DNA of 54,043 nt from an uncultured virus (IMG/VR IMGVR_UViG_3300037312_001617) (IMGVR_UViG_3300037312_001617:62001-116043); one strand, 5' to 3'; shown: positions 1 to 8,729, counted from the stretch's first letter. Program-made: numbers and translations. Notes: generated by a model from the letters alone, not told the origin.

Positions 1-948
1 AAATTAAGACATCTTTTGGTGTCAGGAACAACAGGAAGCGGAAAAAGTGTATTTCTCAACTTAATTATCCTTTGCTTTATTCTTAGCCTTCCTCCAGAAC
101 AACTCATGATTTATCTTATAGATCCGAAGATGGTGGAATTTACACAGTTTAAAGGCTTTCCACAAGTCAAGAGTGTGATTACGGATATGCGAAAAGCCAA
201 TGGTCTTTTGAATTCACTAGTAGAAGAAATGGAAAAACGATATGAGACCTTTTCTAAAACAGGCTGCAAAGACATTCAAACTTATAATCTGAAGAATGAA
301 CAAAAAATACCTTATATTTTATTCGTAATCGACGAATTGTCTGATTTAATGATGGTAAATAAATCAGTTGAGGACGGTATTGTCCGTCTATGTCAAATGG
401 CAAGGGGAGCAGGCATTCATTTAATCCTTGCTACTCAACGTCCATCGGTTGATGTTGTGACAGGTGTAATTAAGGCAAATATGCCATCACGCATAGCTTT
501 TGCTGTAACCTCAGTTACAGATTCCAGAACAATCCTTGATAAGAGTGGAGCAGAAAAGTTATTAGGGCGTGGAGACGGCATTGCCAAGATTGAGGGAAGT
601 AAGAATGAATTTGAACGATTCCAGTCACCTGTATTAACGCTGAATAAGGAAGAGGAGGAAGAAATCATTGATAAGCTTATTCATCTGTTTGATGGGGTTG
701 TTGTTGAAGACGAAATTCAAGAAGCTAAAGAGGAAGAACCAATTGATCAATTAAAACGCTGTATCGCAAACACTGGAGAACTTCGAGTAAACGAATTAGC
801 AAGATTAATGGAGCTAGGGAATAACAAAGTGCACGCACTAATGCAAAAATTATTAGAAGAGGAATGGCTGAAGAAGCCAGGGAGGAGTTACGAAATTAAT
901 GTAGATGAAGAAGAATTAAATAAATGGAAGGATGAAAATTATGAGTAA
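1..948 (+). CDS. FtsK/SpoIIIE-family DNA translocase ATPase, 5'-truncated by the window edge
   Basis: Frame is open from base 1 (KLRHLLVSGTTGSGKS Walker A); LIDPKMVEF, VIDELSDLMM Walker B, RGAGIHLILATQRPSVDVVTGVIKAN and GAEKLLGRGD are FtsK motor motifs; short C-terminal winged-helix-like tail. Confidence 0.92.
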   Translation, partial: KLRHLLVSGTTGSGKSVFLNLIILCFILSLPPEQLMIYLIDPKMVEFTQFKGFPQVKSVITDMRKANGLLNSLVEEMEKRYETFSKTGCKDIQTYNLKNEQKIPYILFVIDELSDLMMVNKSVEDGIVRLCQMARGAGIHLILATQRPSVDVVTGVIKANMPSRIAFAVTSVTDSRTILDKSGAEKLLGRGDGIAKIEGSKNEFERFQSPVLTLNKEEEEEIIDKLIHLFDGVVVEDEIQEAKEEEPIDQLKRCIANTGELRVNELARLMELGNNKVHALMQKLLEEEWLKKPGRSYEINVDEEELNKWKDENYE

Positions 949-954
949 TGATGC

Positions 955-989
955 AAAGCCCTAGATTAATACTAGGGCTTTATTTTTTT
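955..989 (+). terminator. Rho-independent terminator
   Basis: AAAGCCCTAG-attaata-CTAGGGCTTT followed by a T-run. Confidence 0.85.
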
Positions 990-1054
990 AAGAAAAGTTC
1001 TGACTTTTCGTGCATAATACATATAGGGCTATTTTACTATCAAGAGGTGAGTGG

Positions 1055-1678
1055 ATGAGTCAAGGTGCGAACGCTCAAACGGTTTTTGATTATCTAAAAG
1101 AAAATTACCCTGATGATTGCATCCAGTGGGCAAAAACGGTTGATTGGAAATTAGATAACGAAGTTTCTCTAAAAGATATCCAAATGGCTCGGCGACCAGG
1201 TGGAGCTAGAGAAATGGATAAGGTGCGGGGTATTGCTCAAACAGTAAAAGACGGAAAGCCAATGGATCCTGTTGTTTTGGTAAGACTTCCAGACAGAACG
1301 ATTAAGATTGCAGATGGTTATCATCGTACATTGGGATTCCAACATGCGGGTAAGAAAACAATAAAGGCGTGGATCGCTACCGTGCCTGATATGAAAGGAG
1401 CCTGGGATAAAGAGATGCATGAGAAAAAACTAAACATCGGAAAGAAAGCCTATCAAGAATTTTTGGAGTTTGTTGGATTTGAGAAAGAAGCTATGGCGCA
1501 GATCCCGGAAGCATTGGGCGGCAATATTTTTAATCGCCTTGCTCAAATGGATGACGTAGCAAGCCTTGCTATTATCTCACGTAAAAAGCAGCAACAAGCA
1601 CAACAGGCGGACAATCATGAAAAGGAAGCATCTGAATTAATGGAAAGATTAGAGAAAACCACATTAACATCTTTGTAA
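1055..1678 (+). CDS. ParB/Srx N-terminal-domain protein with a KxA-motif C-terminal tail (possible virion cargo)
   Basis: MDPVVLV...IADGYHR is the ParB-N signature; ATG 1055 follows RBS GAGGTG; tail has IGKKA, FEKEA, HEKEA. Confidence 0.7.
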   Translation: MSQGANAQTVFDYLKENYPDDCIQWAKTVDWKLDNEVSLKDIQMARRPGGAREMDKVRGIAQTVKDGKPMDPVVLVRLPDRTIKIADGYHRTLGFQHAGKKTIKAWIATVPDMKGAWDKEMHEKKLNIGKKAYQEFLEFVGFEKEAMAQIPEALGGNIFNRLAQMDDVASLAIISRKKQQQAQQADNHEKEASELMERLEKTTLTSL

Positions 1679-1679
1679 A

Positions 1680-1707
1680 GTGAGAGTGAATAACTCTCGC
1701 TTTTTTT
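1680..1707 (+). terminator. Rho-independent terminator
   Basis: GTGAGAGT-gaata-ACTCTCGC then T7. Confidence 0.75.
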
Positions 1708-1728
1708 ATAGATAAATAGGACGTTTGG

Positions 1729-1757
1729 TTCATATGAAATTATGAAATTTCATGATT
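1729..1757. repeat. Tandem/inverted ATGAAATT octamers upstream of the DGQHR-parA operon (candidate centromere/operator)
   Basis: ATGAAATT at 1734 and 1742; palindromes TTCATATGAA (1729-1738) and ATGAAATTTCAT (1742-1753). Confidence 0.4.
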
Positions 1758-1803
1758 AAATAAATAGCATAAATACTAATTACATCTAGAGGGGATATCA
1801 ATA

Positions 1804-2982
1804 ATGGCTAAAAAGTATGCAGCAGAGTATCCAGCATTTAATGAAACATACAATATAGATGAAGTAGGAGATATGCTTAAGAACCAAAAGCATAATCTTG
1901 AAATGAACACCTATGCAACCATATCTGGGATCCGAGGAAAGCAATTCGGTAAAGAAATTTTTTCAACTGTGATTAAATTCAAAGATTTACGTGACTTCAT
2001 GGAGACATTCAAGGATGTTCAACGGAATCTCATTGTTTCGAAAATGAATAGTGCCAAAAACTATATCCTGTCTGGTTTAGGAAAGAAAAATCCAATGAGG
2101 TTTTTCCCTGCCATAACAGCAACTGCAAGAGGAAACATTTTCTATAGCGAGGAAGATAACCGTTTGGCGATTGATACAAGAACGAGCAAATTAAGTTTGA
2201 ATGATGGCCAACATCGCTATTTTGCCACAATCGAGGCAATTCGTACCTTACAAGGCAGAATCAATAACTCTAAAGACGAAGTGGAGAAGGAAAATTTAAA
2301 AGAGCTTTTAAAAGAGCTCAATAACATGGCAATGCCTGTAGTCATTTTTAATAATTTAACCATTGAAGAGGAACGCCAACTGTTTTCGGACACTAATAAC
2401 TTGGCACAAAGACCATCCAGAAGTGCTACCATTCGTTTGAACCAAACAGATTTATTTAGCCGCATGTCTAGGGATTTAGTAAATTTAAACAAGTATTTTC
2501 AACATTATGGCGTTGAAATGGATAAAGCAAGTATCTATGGAAAGGACAATAAGAATACCATTCTTTTAACAACCATTTATGCGAGCATTAAAACCTTATT
2601 AGGAAGAAAGTTAGACGAAGAAACATATGAGGTTTCTAAAAAGTATTTGAACGATACATTTAATAACATGTATCAAATGTTGCCTCCAGATCTCAATAAT
2701 CGTGGGATTTATATTACAGACCAATCTTATGCCATCAAAGGAATTGTGAAGTTCATTGCGGATTATCGAGCAAAAGATTTTAATGACAAAGTAATTTTTG
2801 AAACCATTGGAAAAGTGAATTGGGTAGCAGATATCAATTACTGGAAGCAATATGGAGCGATGACCTCTAAACAAGGCAAGCTGGTATTTGGCGGAAGCGG
2901 CGATCACGGAAGATATGCGGTTTTCCATGCATTAGAGGATAATCTTCCTGATCAACCGAAACAATTGGAATTGATTCAATAA
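1804..2982 (+). CDS. DGQHR-domain / DndB-like protein
   Basis: FFPAITA...LSLNDGQHRY and EERQLFSDTN match the DndB/DGQHR family. Confidence 0.85.
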   Translation: MAKKYAAEYPAFNETYNIDEVGDMLKNQKHNLEMNTYATISGIRGKQFGKEIFSTVIKFKDLRDFMETFKDVQRNLIVSKMNSAKNYILSGLGKKNPMRFFPAITATARGNIFYSEEDNRLAIDTRTSKLSLNDGQHRYFATIEAIRTLQGRINNSKDEVEKENLKELLKELNNMAMPVVIFNNLTIEEERQLFSDTNNLAQRPSRSATIRLNQTDLFSRMSRDLVNLNKYFQHYGVEMDKASIYGKDNKNTILLTTIYASIKTLLGRKLDEETYEVSKKYLNDTFNNMYQMLPPDLNNRGIYITDQSYAIKGIVKFIADYRAKDFNDKVIFETIGKVNWVADINYWKQYGAMTSKQGKLVFGGSGDHGRYAVFHALEDNLPDQPKQLELIQ

Positions 2983-3004
2983 ATAGGTACTGGGGGAGCG
3001 TAAA

Positions 3005-3871
3005 TTGGGGACTGTTATAACATTCGGACTACAGAAAGGTGGAGTTAGTAAGTCGACTTCAACTGGCATTTTTGCTCATTTGATGAGTAAAGATGGATAT
3101 AAAGTTTTAGCAATAGACATGGACTCCCAAGGAAATCTTACAGAACTACTTACTAATGTAGAATCAAATGAATTCATAGGTAAATCGGTGCTTGAGGCAA
3201 TTGTAAGTAGATCAGTAAAGGATTATATCGTTAAGGTAAATGATCATCTTGATGTTTTGCCGGCTAACAATTTTCTCGCTTTACTACCAAAGTGGTTATA
3301 CACCTATACTTTGTTTGATAATGAAAAAGTATACTATACAGGTGGAACAACGGAACAATTATATTTAACAATTGAACCAATCATTGACCAATATGACTTT
3401 ATTTTGATTGATACACCTCCATCTTTATCCGAGCAGACGACCAATTCCTTAGTGGCTTCTGATTATGTTATCGTTCCTTTTGAATCTTCATATTTTTGTC
3501 TGCGTGCCATTCCAAACTTTATTGAGTCTGTTGAGCATTCACGAAAGACAAGTAAACGAGATGTACAGATTCTAGGTGTACTAAGAACATTAAACGATAA
3601 GAGGCGAAGTGATTCTAAATTGTTCAATGAGACCATAGCAGACACATATCCTGAACTTGTTTTTAAAACGATTATTACAAGGAAAGCATCTACAGGGAGA
3701 TTACCGTTAAGTGGATTCGATGATAATCAAGAATTAGGAGATGCACTTGAACAGTTTAGAAACGTGTATGTGGAAATTAAGGAACGATTAGGATTGGGTC
3801 GAGAGGTTCGAAAGGGGAAGATGAAGATTGGCAAAGAAGTTAGACGACTTAAAGGAAAGATTAGCAAATAA
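3005..3871 (+). CDS. parA: ParA/Soj-family partition ATPase
   Basis: Deviant Walker A QKGGVSKST, LAIDMDSQGN, YDFILIDTPPSL. Confidence 0.92.
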   Translation: MGTVITFGLQKGGVSKSTSTGIFAHLMSKDGYKVLAIDMDSQGNLTELLTNVESNEFIGKSVLEAIVSRSVKDYIVKVNDHLDVLPANNFLALLPKWLYTYTLFDNEKVYYTGGTTEQLYLTIEPIIDQYDFILIDTPPSLSEQTTNSLVASDYVIVPFESSYFCLRAIPNFIESVEHSRKTSKRDVQILGVLRTLNDKRRSDSKLFNETIADTYPELVFKTIITRKASTGRLPLSGFDDNQELGDALEQFRNVYVEIKERLGLGREVRKGKMKIGKEVRRLKGKISK

Positions 3872-4139
3872 AGCAAAATCAGTTTCTGCTACAGAAGCCC
3901 TTAATGGAACTTCTGGAAATTCTCAACCTGAAGCAGAAGAGGTTGAATACGAACGGTATATTCTTAATCTTGATAGAAAATTAATCGACGCTATCGAGGA
4001 GTATGTATTTAATGAAAAGCGCAGCGGAAAAACGTTGTTCGATATAAAAACGGGGCTTCCCAAAAAAATTAATCGTTCTCTTTGGGCAAGACACGTATTT
4101 ATTGAAGCATTAAGAAAAGCTGGGATTGAGATAGATTAA
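3828..4139 (+). CDS. Small partition adaptor (type Ib ParG/ribbon-helix-helix-like)
   Basis: 103 aa overlapping the parA 3' end; flexible N-terminus then a strand-helix-helix pattern (YILNLDRKLIDAIEEY...NRSLWARHVFIEAL). Confidence 0.6.
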   Translation: MAKKLDDLKERLANKAKSVSATEALNGTSGNSQPEAEEVEYERYILNLDRKLIDAIEEYVFNEKRSGKTLFDIKTGLPKKINRSLWARHVFIEALRKAGIEID

Positions 4140-4158
4140 AAAATGGAGGATACATTTA

Positions 4159-4980
4159 TTATGTATCCTCCATTTTTTTGATTTTAAAAGGATTTACAAC
4201 CGGCAGATCGCCGCGGAAAATAAAACCCATTCGTTCCAATTTCCCTTTGATTCCACTGGCTGATTTGTGCTTGTCTTTTGGTTTGTTTTCGTTTAAGGTA
4301 TCTACTATAGCATTCAAAGAATAACCTTTATCTAATAATTCTAGGGCGACATCAATTTCCTCTTGGGTATACTTGATACACTTGTCTAAACTTAAAGGTC
4401 TCGCTTTAATATTTAAATCCCATAGTTTCCGTCTAATGGAATTTTCTGAACGTTTAAGTATGCAAGCCAGTTCCGGATAGGTGTACTGATAAGAATAAAC
4501 CATACGGATCAATTGTGATTTCTCTTGATCTGTCCATGGGCGTCGTTCCATATACTTCTTCTTATCGATGGATCTTTTCTCCTTCACCCAGGAGGGCTCT
4601 TTTCCAAGAATAAGATGGTCAACCTTGGCAAAATTAATTAGGTGCTTATGTTCTTCTGCCCAGCGCCAGAAGTCTTCGTATGAAACTACGTAAATTCGTC
4701 TCTTTCGAGAAAAGACTTTTTGTTTCGCTGGGAAATTATATTGGAGAATCCAACTTTTCGTTTTGTTAAACGAGGAAATGCCGAGTGCGATCATCAGCTG
4801 CCTAACTGTAATTCCGTCGAAATGTAATGTTGGGTCTAACAATCCCATTTCCACAGCTTTTCTCCGCACGCCATCGTACGGTCTATCTAAATGTTTTGAG
4901 ATGAGGGTAACGCTTTTGGATCCCCAATTGTCCTGGAGATAAAGTTCTTCCTCTGGAGTCCACACTCTATATCTGCCCAC
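4159..4980 (-). CDS. Phage DNA-binding protein with repeated Myb/HTH-like units
   Basis: Repeats WTPEEELYL...ISKHLDRP, WTDQEKSQL...LACILKRS, YTQEEIDVALEL; divergently transcribed. Confidence 0.6.
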   Translation of the reverse strand: MGRYRVWTPEEELYLQDNWGSKSVTLISKHLDRPYDGVRRKAVEMGLLDPTLHFDGITVRQLMIALGISSFNKTKSWILQYNFPAKQKVFSRKRRIYVVSYEDFWRWAEEHKHLINFAKVDHLILGKEPSWVKEKRSIDKKKYMERRPWTDQEKSQLIRMVYSYQYTYPELACILKRSENSIRRKLWDLNIKARPLSLDKCIKYTQEEIDVALELLDKGYSLNAIVDTLNENKPKDKHKSASGIKGKLERMGFIFRGDLPVVNPFKIKKMEDT

Positions 4981-5142
4981 TTCTTATAAATTCACTCCTT
5001 CCCACTGAAATGCATATAGGTCTATTATACAATGAGTAAAGGAGTATAGTCCTATTTTTCTAAAAACTTATTCCAGTACTTTATTCCTAAAAATATATAA
5101 GCTATAATTCTAATGAATACTTTTCTATCAATCAGAGAAACT

Positions 5143-5171
5143 GAAGTTCCGAACTGCCCATTCGGAACTTC
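5143..5171. repeat. Perfect 11-bp inverted repeat in the divergent intergenic region
   Basis: GAAGTTCCGAA-ctgccca-TTCGGAACTTC. Confidence 0.75.
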
Positions 5172-5195
5172 TAATTTATTGTGATGCTTATAATG

Positions 5196-5211
5196 TAGGA
5201 TAATTGACCTA
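5196..5211. promoter_or_regulatory. 16-bp TAGG-N8-CCTA operator-like site (variants at 5017-5032 and 5039-5054)
   Basis: TAGGATAATTGACCTA; member of a motif family recurring in intergenic regions. Confidence 0.6.
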
Positions 5212-5222
5212 TTTCATAAAGG

Positions 5223-5624
5223 ATGATTCAGATGGATTATGCAAAATTAGAGTCACGTATGTTTAGATTTTTGGAGATTACTCAAATTCAAACGAGTTTA
5301 AAGGAAGAGAAAAGTAATTTAAAAGAGCAAATTGCGGAGATGCTGCAGGAAGAAGGATTATCCCATCATACCGCTTTATTTGATGAGAACCATGAATTGA
5401 AAGTGACTGTCACGCCAGGAACCAAAAAGGTGTTTGAAAAAGAAAAGATGGCGGATGATTTAGGGGTAACAACAGCTTCTACCCAGAAGAAAGATTTTTT
5501 AATTAATATGACTGAACAAGGTAAACTCACCTTGGATCGGTTTAAACGATATTTTCATCAAGAACCAAATGTAAAGTTTTCTCTTCGGAAAGTAAAAAAG
5601 AAGAAGAAAAAGGTGAAAAAATGA
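5223..5624 (+). CDS. Hypothetical phage protein, coiled coil with poly-Lys C-terminus
   Basis: 133-aa ORF coupled (ATGA) to the dUTPase; ends RKVKKKKKKVKK. Confidence 0.7.
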   Translation: MIQMDYAKLESRMFRFLEITQIQTSLKEEKSNLKEQIAEMLQEEGLSHHTALFDENHELKVTVTPGTKKVFEKEKMADDLGVTTASTQKKDFLINMTEQGKLTLDRFKRYFHQEPNVKFSLRKVKKKKKKVKK

Positions 5625-6103
5625 TACAGAATCTGTTCCTTATTCAAAAGAATTTAATGAATGAAATAGAAGAAAAACATCCTGCTCATCCAGAGGAGAA
5701 CCGTTTTAACAAAAAGTTACTCGCTTGCTTGGTGGAACTTGGCGAGGCAGCTCAGGAGCAGAGGTCGTGGAAATATTGGAGCAACGATCGTAAACCTCGG
5801 ACTAAAAAACTCCTGGAGGAATTGGTTGATGTTCTCCATTTTATATTAGAGTTTGGAATCATTTTAGAGGTTATCTATTATGCCGAAGAAATCGAACCGC
5901 ATAAATGTGACACAGTGGAAGAACAGTTTATTGCTTTATACAACCACATTTTATCTACTTCCTTAGACGAAGTGTTTTATTTAGACCTTTTAAACACTTA
6001 TGTAGGATTAATTGAAATGGTCGGTTTTACTTGGGATGAAATCGAAAATGCTTATTTTGATAAAGTGAAAGTCAATTACGGAAGATTAGAAAACGGTTAT
6101 TAA
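5621..6103 (+). CDS. dut: Dimeric all-alpha dUTP diphosphatase (dUTPase_2 family)
   Basis: LVELGEAAQEQRSWKYWS, LLEELVDVLHF and AYFDKVKVNYGR motifs. Confidence 0.88.
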   Translation: MIQNLFLIQKNLMNEIEEKHPAHPEENRFNKKLLACLVELGEAAQEQRSWKYWSNDRKPRTKKLLEELVDVLHFILEFGIILEVIYYAEEIEPHKCDTVEEQFIALYNHILSTSLDEVFYLDLLNTYVGLIEMVGFTWDEIENAYFDKVKVNYGRLENGY

Positions 6104-6122
6104 TGTAAAGGAAGGGAATGAC

Positions 6123-6491
6123 ATGCTTTTAAAGTTGCCCAGAGTATTGCTACATGAAAAAAACTCTCGTCGTATCATGTTTGTTCCCTATCCCGCAGAA
6201 CTCTACGGCGTCTATTTGACACCAGATGAAGGAGTTTGGACACTCAAGGTAGTAGCGGATGAGATTGAACAGTTGATTAGGCGATATGCTATTTTATTTC
6301 CTGATGTACTGGATGAATTTGAAACTGATACATATACGGGTTATCGGTGTATGGTTCACGATGAAGACACAGGGATCACACGACAGATTCTTGAAAGGTT
6401 AGGCTATGAACTAGAAGAATCAGAGTTTTCACCTTATAAATTGTATTGGGTTGTTTTAAAAACTAGGGATGAGAAGAGGAAGAAGAAATGA
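6123..6491 (+). CDS. Hypothetical protein
   Basis: 122-aa ORF with RBS AAGGAAGGG, coupled to the next gene. Confidence 0.7.
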   Translation: MLLKLPRVLLHEKNSRRIMFVPYPAELYGVYLTPDEGVWTLKVVADEIEQLIRRYAILFPDVLDEFETDTYTGYRCMVHDEDTGITRQILERLGYELEESEFSPYKLYWVVLKTRDEKRKKK

Positions 6492-7285
6492 CAATCGAAG
6501 TTTTAGAGGATGGTATTTGGTATATCGGTGATACATTTAAACTCAAGATGACAAGATATACTGATCCTGAACGAAAGAACCTTGCTCGGAATGCGGCTAG
6601 ATATCTTGGAAAAAAAGATATTGATAACATCCGTAGACCCCTTTCCATTATCCGTAAGTATCACGTGCCAGAGATATTTAGAGGAGAACATGTTGAGTTT
6701 GAATTTTATGATGTGAGCAAAGAAGTTTATGACCACATCATCACATATACGACCAGAGATATGAGGGTAGCTGGTGGCAATCGTGCCTTAACATCCGACA
6801 ATTACGCATTACCATCTGATAAAGTGAAAGATATAGATAGGGTTGAAAGAGCTGTAATTACTTCAATGGACAGATATCAAAATCTTTTAAGTCATGGTGA
6901 AACTCCACAGGTAGCACGTTCCGCTATGCCTGTTGCTGCTAAAATGAATATATTTGTCTATCAGTTTAACTTTCTAACGCTTGGACAATCAGTATTCAAT
7001 CAGAGGATATGGGACAATGGTGCTCAGGGGAACACCGTTAAAGTGGTTAAAGGCATGTTTGAACTATGTGCTCATATCGACAAGGAATTATGGGATACCT
7101 GGTATGAATACTATGGAACCCCGATGATGCGGTGGAGACAGGCAAGAAAGAAAGCAAAACGTATGACGGTTCACCAATTATTAAACGAATTACACGAATT
7201 AGCGCTCTCTGGAGAAGGAAATCCAGATCAAACGGTGGAAGATTATTTTGTTGAGAAATACGGAGAAATGGAATCGATGTGGTAG
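6488..7285 (+). CDS. ThyX (FAD-dependent thymidylate synthase)-fold protein, divergent active site
   Basis: HVEFEFYDVSK, YQNLLSHGETPQVARSAMP and R...AQG follow ThyX order and spacing, but RHRx7S is replaced; lies between dUTPase and Tmk. Confidence 0.7.
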   Translation: MTIEVLEDGIWYIGDTFKLKMTRYTDPERKNLARNAARYLGKKDIDNIRRPLSIIRKYHVPEIFRGEHVEFEFYDVSKEVYDHIITYTTRDMRVAGGNRALTSDNYALPSDKVKDIDRVERAVITSMDRYQNLLSHGETPQVARSAMPVAAKMNIFVYQFNFLTLGQSVFNQRIWDNGAQGNTVKVVKGMFELCAHIDKELWDTWYEYYGTPMMRWRQARKKAKRMTVHQLLNELHELALSGEGNPDQTVEDYFVEKYGEMESMW

Positions 7286-7298
7286 GAGGTGTTTTAAC

Positions 7299-7457
7299 AT
7301 GATGGAAAAGTATGGAGTGGAACAATCCACGTATGAAGTGGTGGTTCCAGTTCCGGGGAAACCGGATGATTTTCAAGTGATTGGCTCGTATTTAAGTTTA
7401 GAGGATGCTACAAAAGTTCAACAAAAAAATCCAAAGTCGATTGTTCGACCTGAATAA
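7299..7457 (+). CDS. Small hypothetical protein
   Basis: Strong RBS AGGAGGTG before ATG 7299; followed by a terminator. Confidence 0.6.
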   Translation: MMEKYGVEQSTYEVVVPVPGKPDDFQVIGSYLSLEDATKVQQKNPKSIVRPE

Positions 7458-7463
7458 AATAGT

Positions 7464-7487
7464 CCTCCCCTCAAAGGGGAGGTTTTT
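7464..7487 (+). terminator. Terminator between convergent genes
   Basis: CCTCCCCT-caa-AGGGGAGG then TTTTT. Confidence 0.75.
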
Positions 7488-7896
7488 GTATGTATACCTT
7501 TTTATTCGCAAGATAAGCGAATTTGGCATATGTAATACTATTACCGTGTGGGTCGGTAAAATGTTTAGTCGTGTAAGGATTATAGTTCACTTCCCATTCC
7601 ATGCCTTGCGGTTGAAGGTCGCTTCCTAAGTAAGTACCTTTCACCCAGGCATGAACTTTTTTTCGTCTTTGCTCAATCACTTGTTTCCTTCCGACTTCAC
7701 TGACATGAAAAACGGCATCTTGCAGGAGTACGTTAGTGGCGTATCCGACTACAAGACCTGTTTTCATATTAACGATTGAATATTTACCTTGTTGATGTAA
7801 ATTGACGTAGCATCGTACTAAGTTCCCTTCTTTAATTGTCCGTCCGTATAGGAAATCCACTAGCTGGCCCTCCTCAAAAAAATATTGAGGAATCAC
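7471..7896 (-). CDS. Conserved-looking phage hypothetical protein
   Basis: YVNLH...YSI...FHVSEVGRKQV...KKVHAWVKG pattern resembles a widespread small phage protein. Confidence 0.65.
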   Translation of the reverse strand: MIPQYFFEEGQLVDFLYGRTIKEGNLVRCYVNLHQQGKYSIVNMKTGLVVGYATNVLLQDAVFHVSEVGRKQVIEQRRKKVHAWVKGTYLGSDLQPQGMEWEVNYNPYTTKHFTDPHGNSITYAKFAYLANKKVYIQKPPL

Positions 7897-7926
7897 ATCC
7901 TGGGGGATTGTGTTTCCTCAATATTC

Positions 7927-8559
7927 TTATAACACCATTTTTGATGAAACAATCCGTTTAATTCGGTCAAATACTTCATCAATTGAACCGCTGGCATCCA
8001 CAATTTCAAAACGGTCTTTGAACTTTTTAGCGAGAAAATTATAAGCGTGACGAACTTTAATATGAAAATCCATTGGAGCTACATCAAATCGATTTTGCTC
8101 ACGTTGGTTTTGTTTAATTCTTTCTAGAGCAATGACAGGGCTTAAATCCAACAAAAGAGTAAGAATTGGTGTGGTGTTTTCGACCGCAGCCATGTTTATA
8201 TCATAAACGGTTTTCCATCCGACACCTTTTGCTACTCCTTGATACACAATAGAAGAATCAAAGAATCTATCGCAGATGACAACCTTTTTGGAATGGAGAG
8301 CTGGTTGAATCACATTAATAAAATGTTCCCGTCTTGCAGCACCATACAATAGAACTTCGGTCATCGCATCCATTTCCTTCACTTCTGGATTTAACAGTAA
8401 ATACCTTATCTTCTCGGCTAATTCAACTCCCCCTGGTTCCCTTGTTGTAACCACCTCGTATCCAAGAGACTCCAAATATTCTTTTAATCTTTTAATTTGA
8501 ACGCTTTTTCCAACTCCCTCTCCACCCTCGATAGTAAGAAAGTATCCATTTTGACTCAT
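7927..8559 (-). CDS. tmk: Thymidylate kinase
   Basis: IEGGEGVGKS P-loop, TTREPGG, VICDRFFDSSIVYQG; ATG 8559 follows RBS GGAGGG. Confidence 0.93.
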   Translation of the reverse strand: MSQNGYFLTIEGGEGVGKSVQIKRLKEYLESLGYEVVTTREPGGVELAEKIRYLLLNPEVKEMDAMTEVLLYGAARREHFINVIQPALHSKKVVICDRFFDSSIVYQGVAKGVGWKTVYDINMAAVENTTPILTLLLDLSPVIALERIKQNQREQNRFDVAPMDFHIKVRHAYNFLAKKFKDRFEIVDASGSIDEVFDRIKRIVSSKMVL

Positions 8560-8590
8560 AGTAATCCCTCCGGAAAATCTATATATAGTA

Positions 8591-8729
8591 TTGCATCGTT
8601 TGTGCACTCACAATAAATTGTGGTTTTGTGGTAATATGAGGATGGCTCGGATTGTTAACCCCGATCTGAAGTTCCCCGTTGTTTTAACTTTGGGAAGCAA
8701 TAGCGCGTGCTTTTGCTTCTCCTTTTTTT
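8591..8729 (+). ncRNA. Candidate ~100-nt small RNA (sigmaA-like promoter plus intrinsic terminator)
   Basis: TTGCAT-17nt-TAAATT at 8591-8619; GGGAAGCAATAGC-gcgt-GCTTTTGCTTCTC then T7 near 8692-8729. Confidence 0.3.

Noticed and set aside
1804..2982. Dnd phosphorothioation system
   Set aside because: Only a DndB-like gene is present; no dndA/C/D/E or ssp genes in the window
5150..5164. LexA (SOS) box CGAAC...TTCG
   Set aside because: Spacing and right half do not fit CGAAC-N4-GTTCG; better explained as part of the 11-bp hairpin
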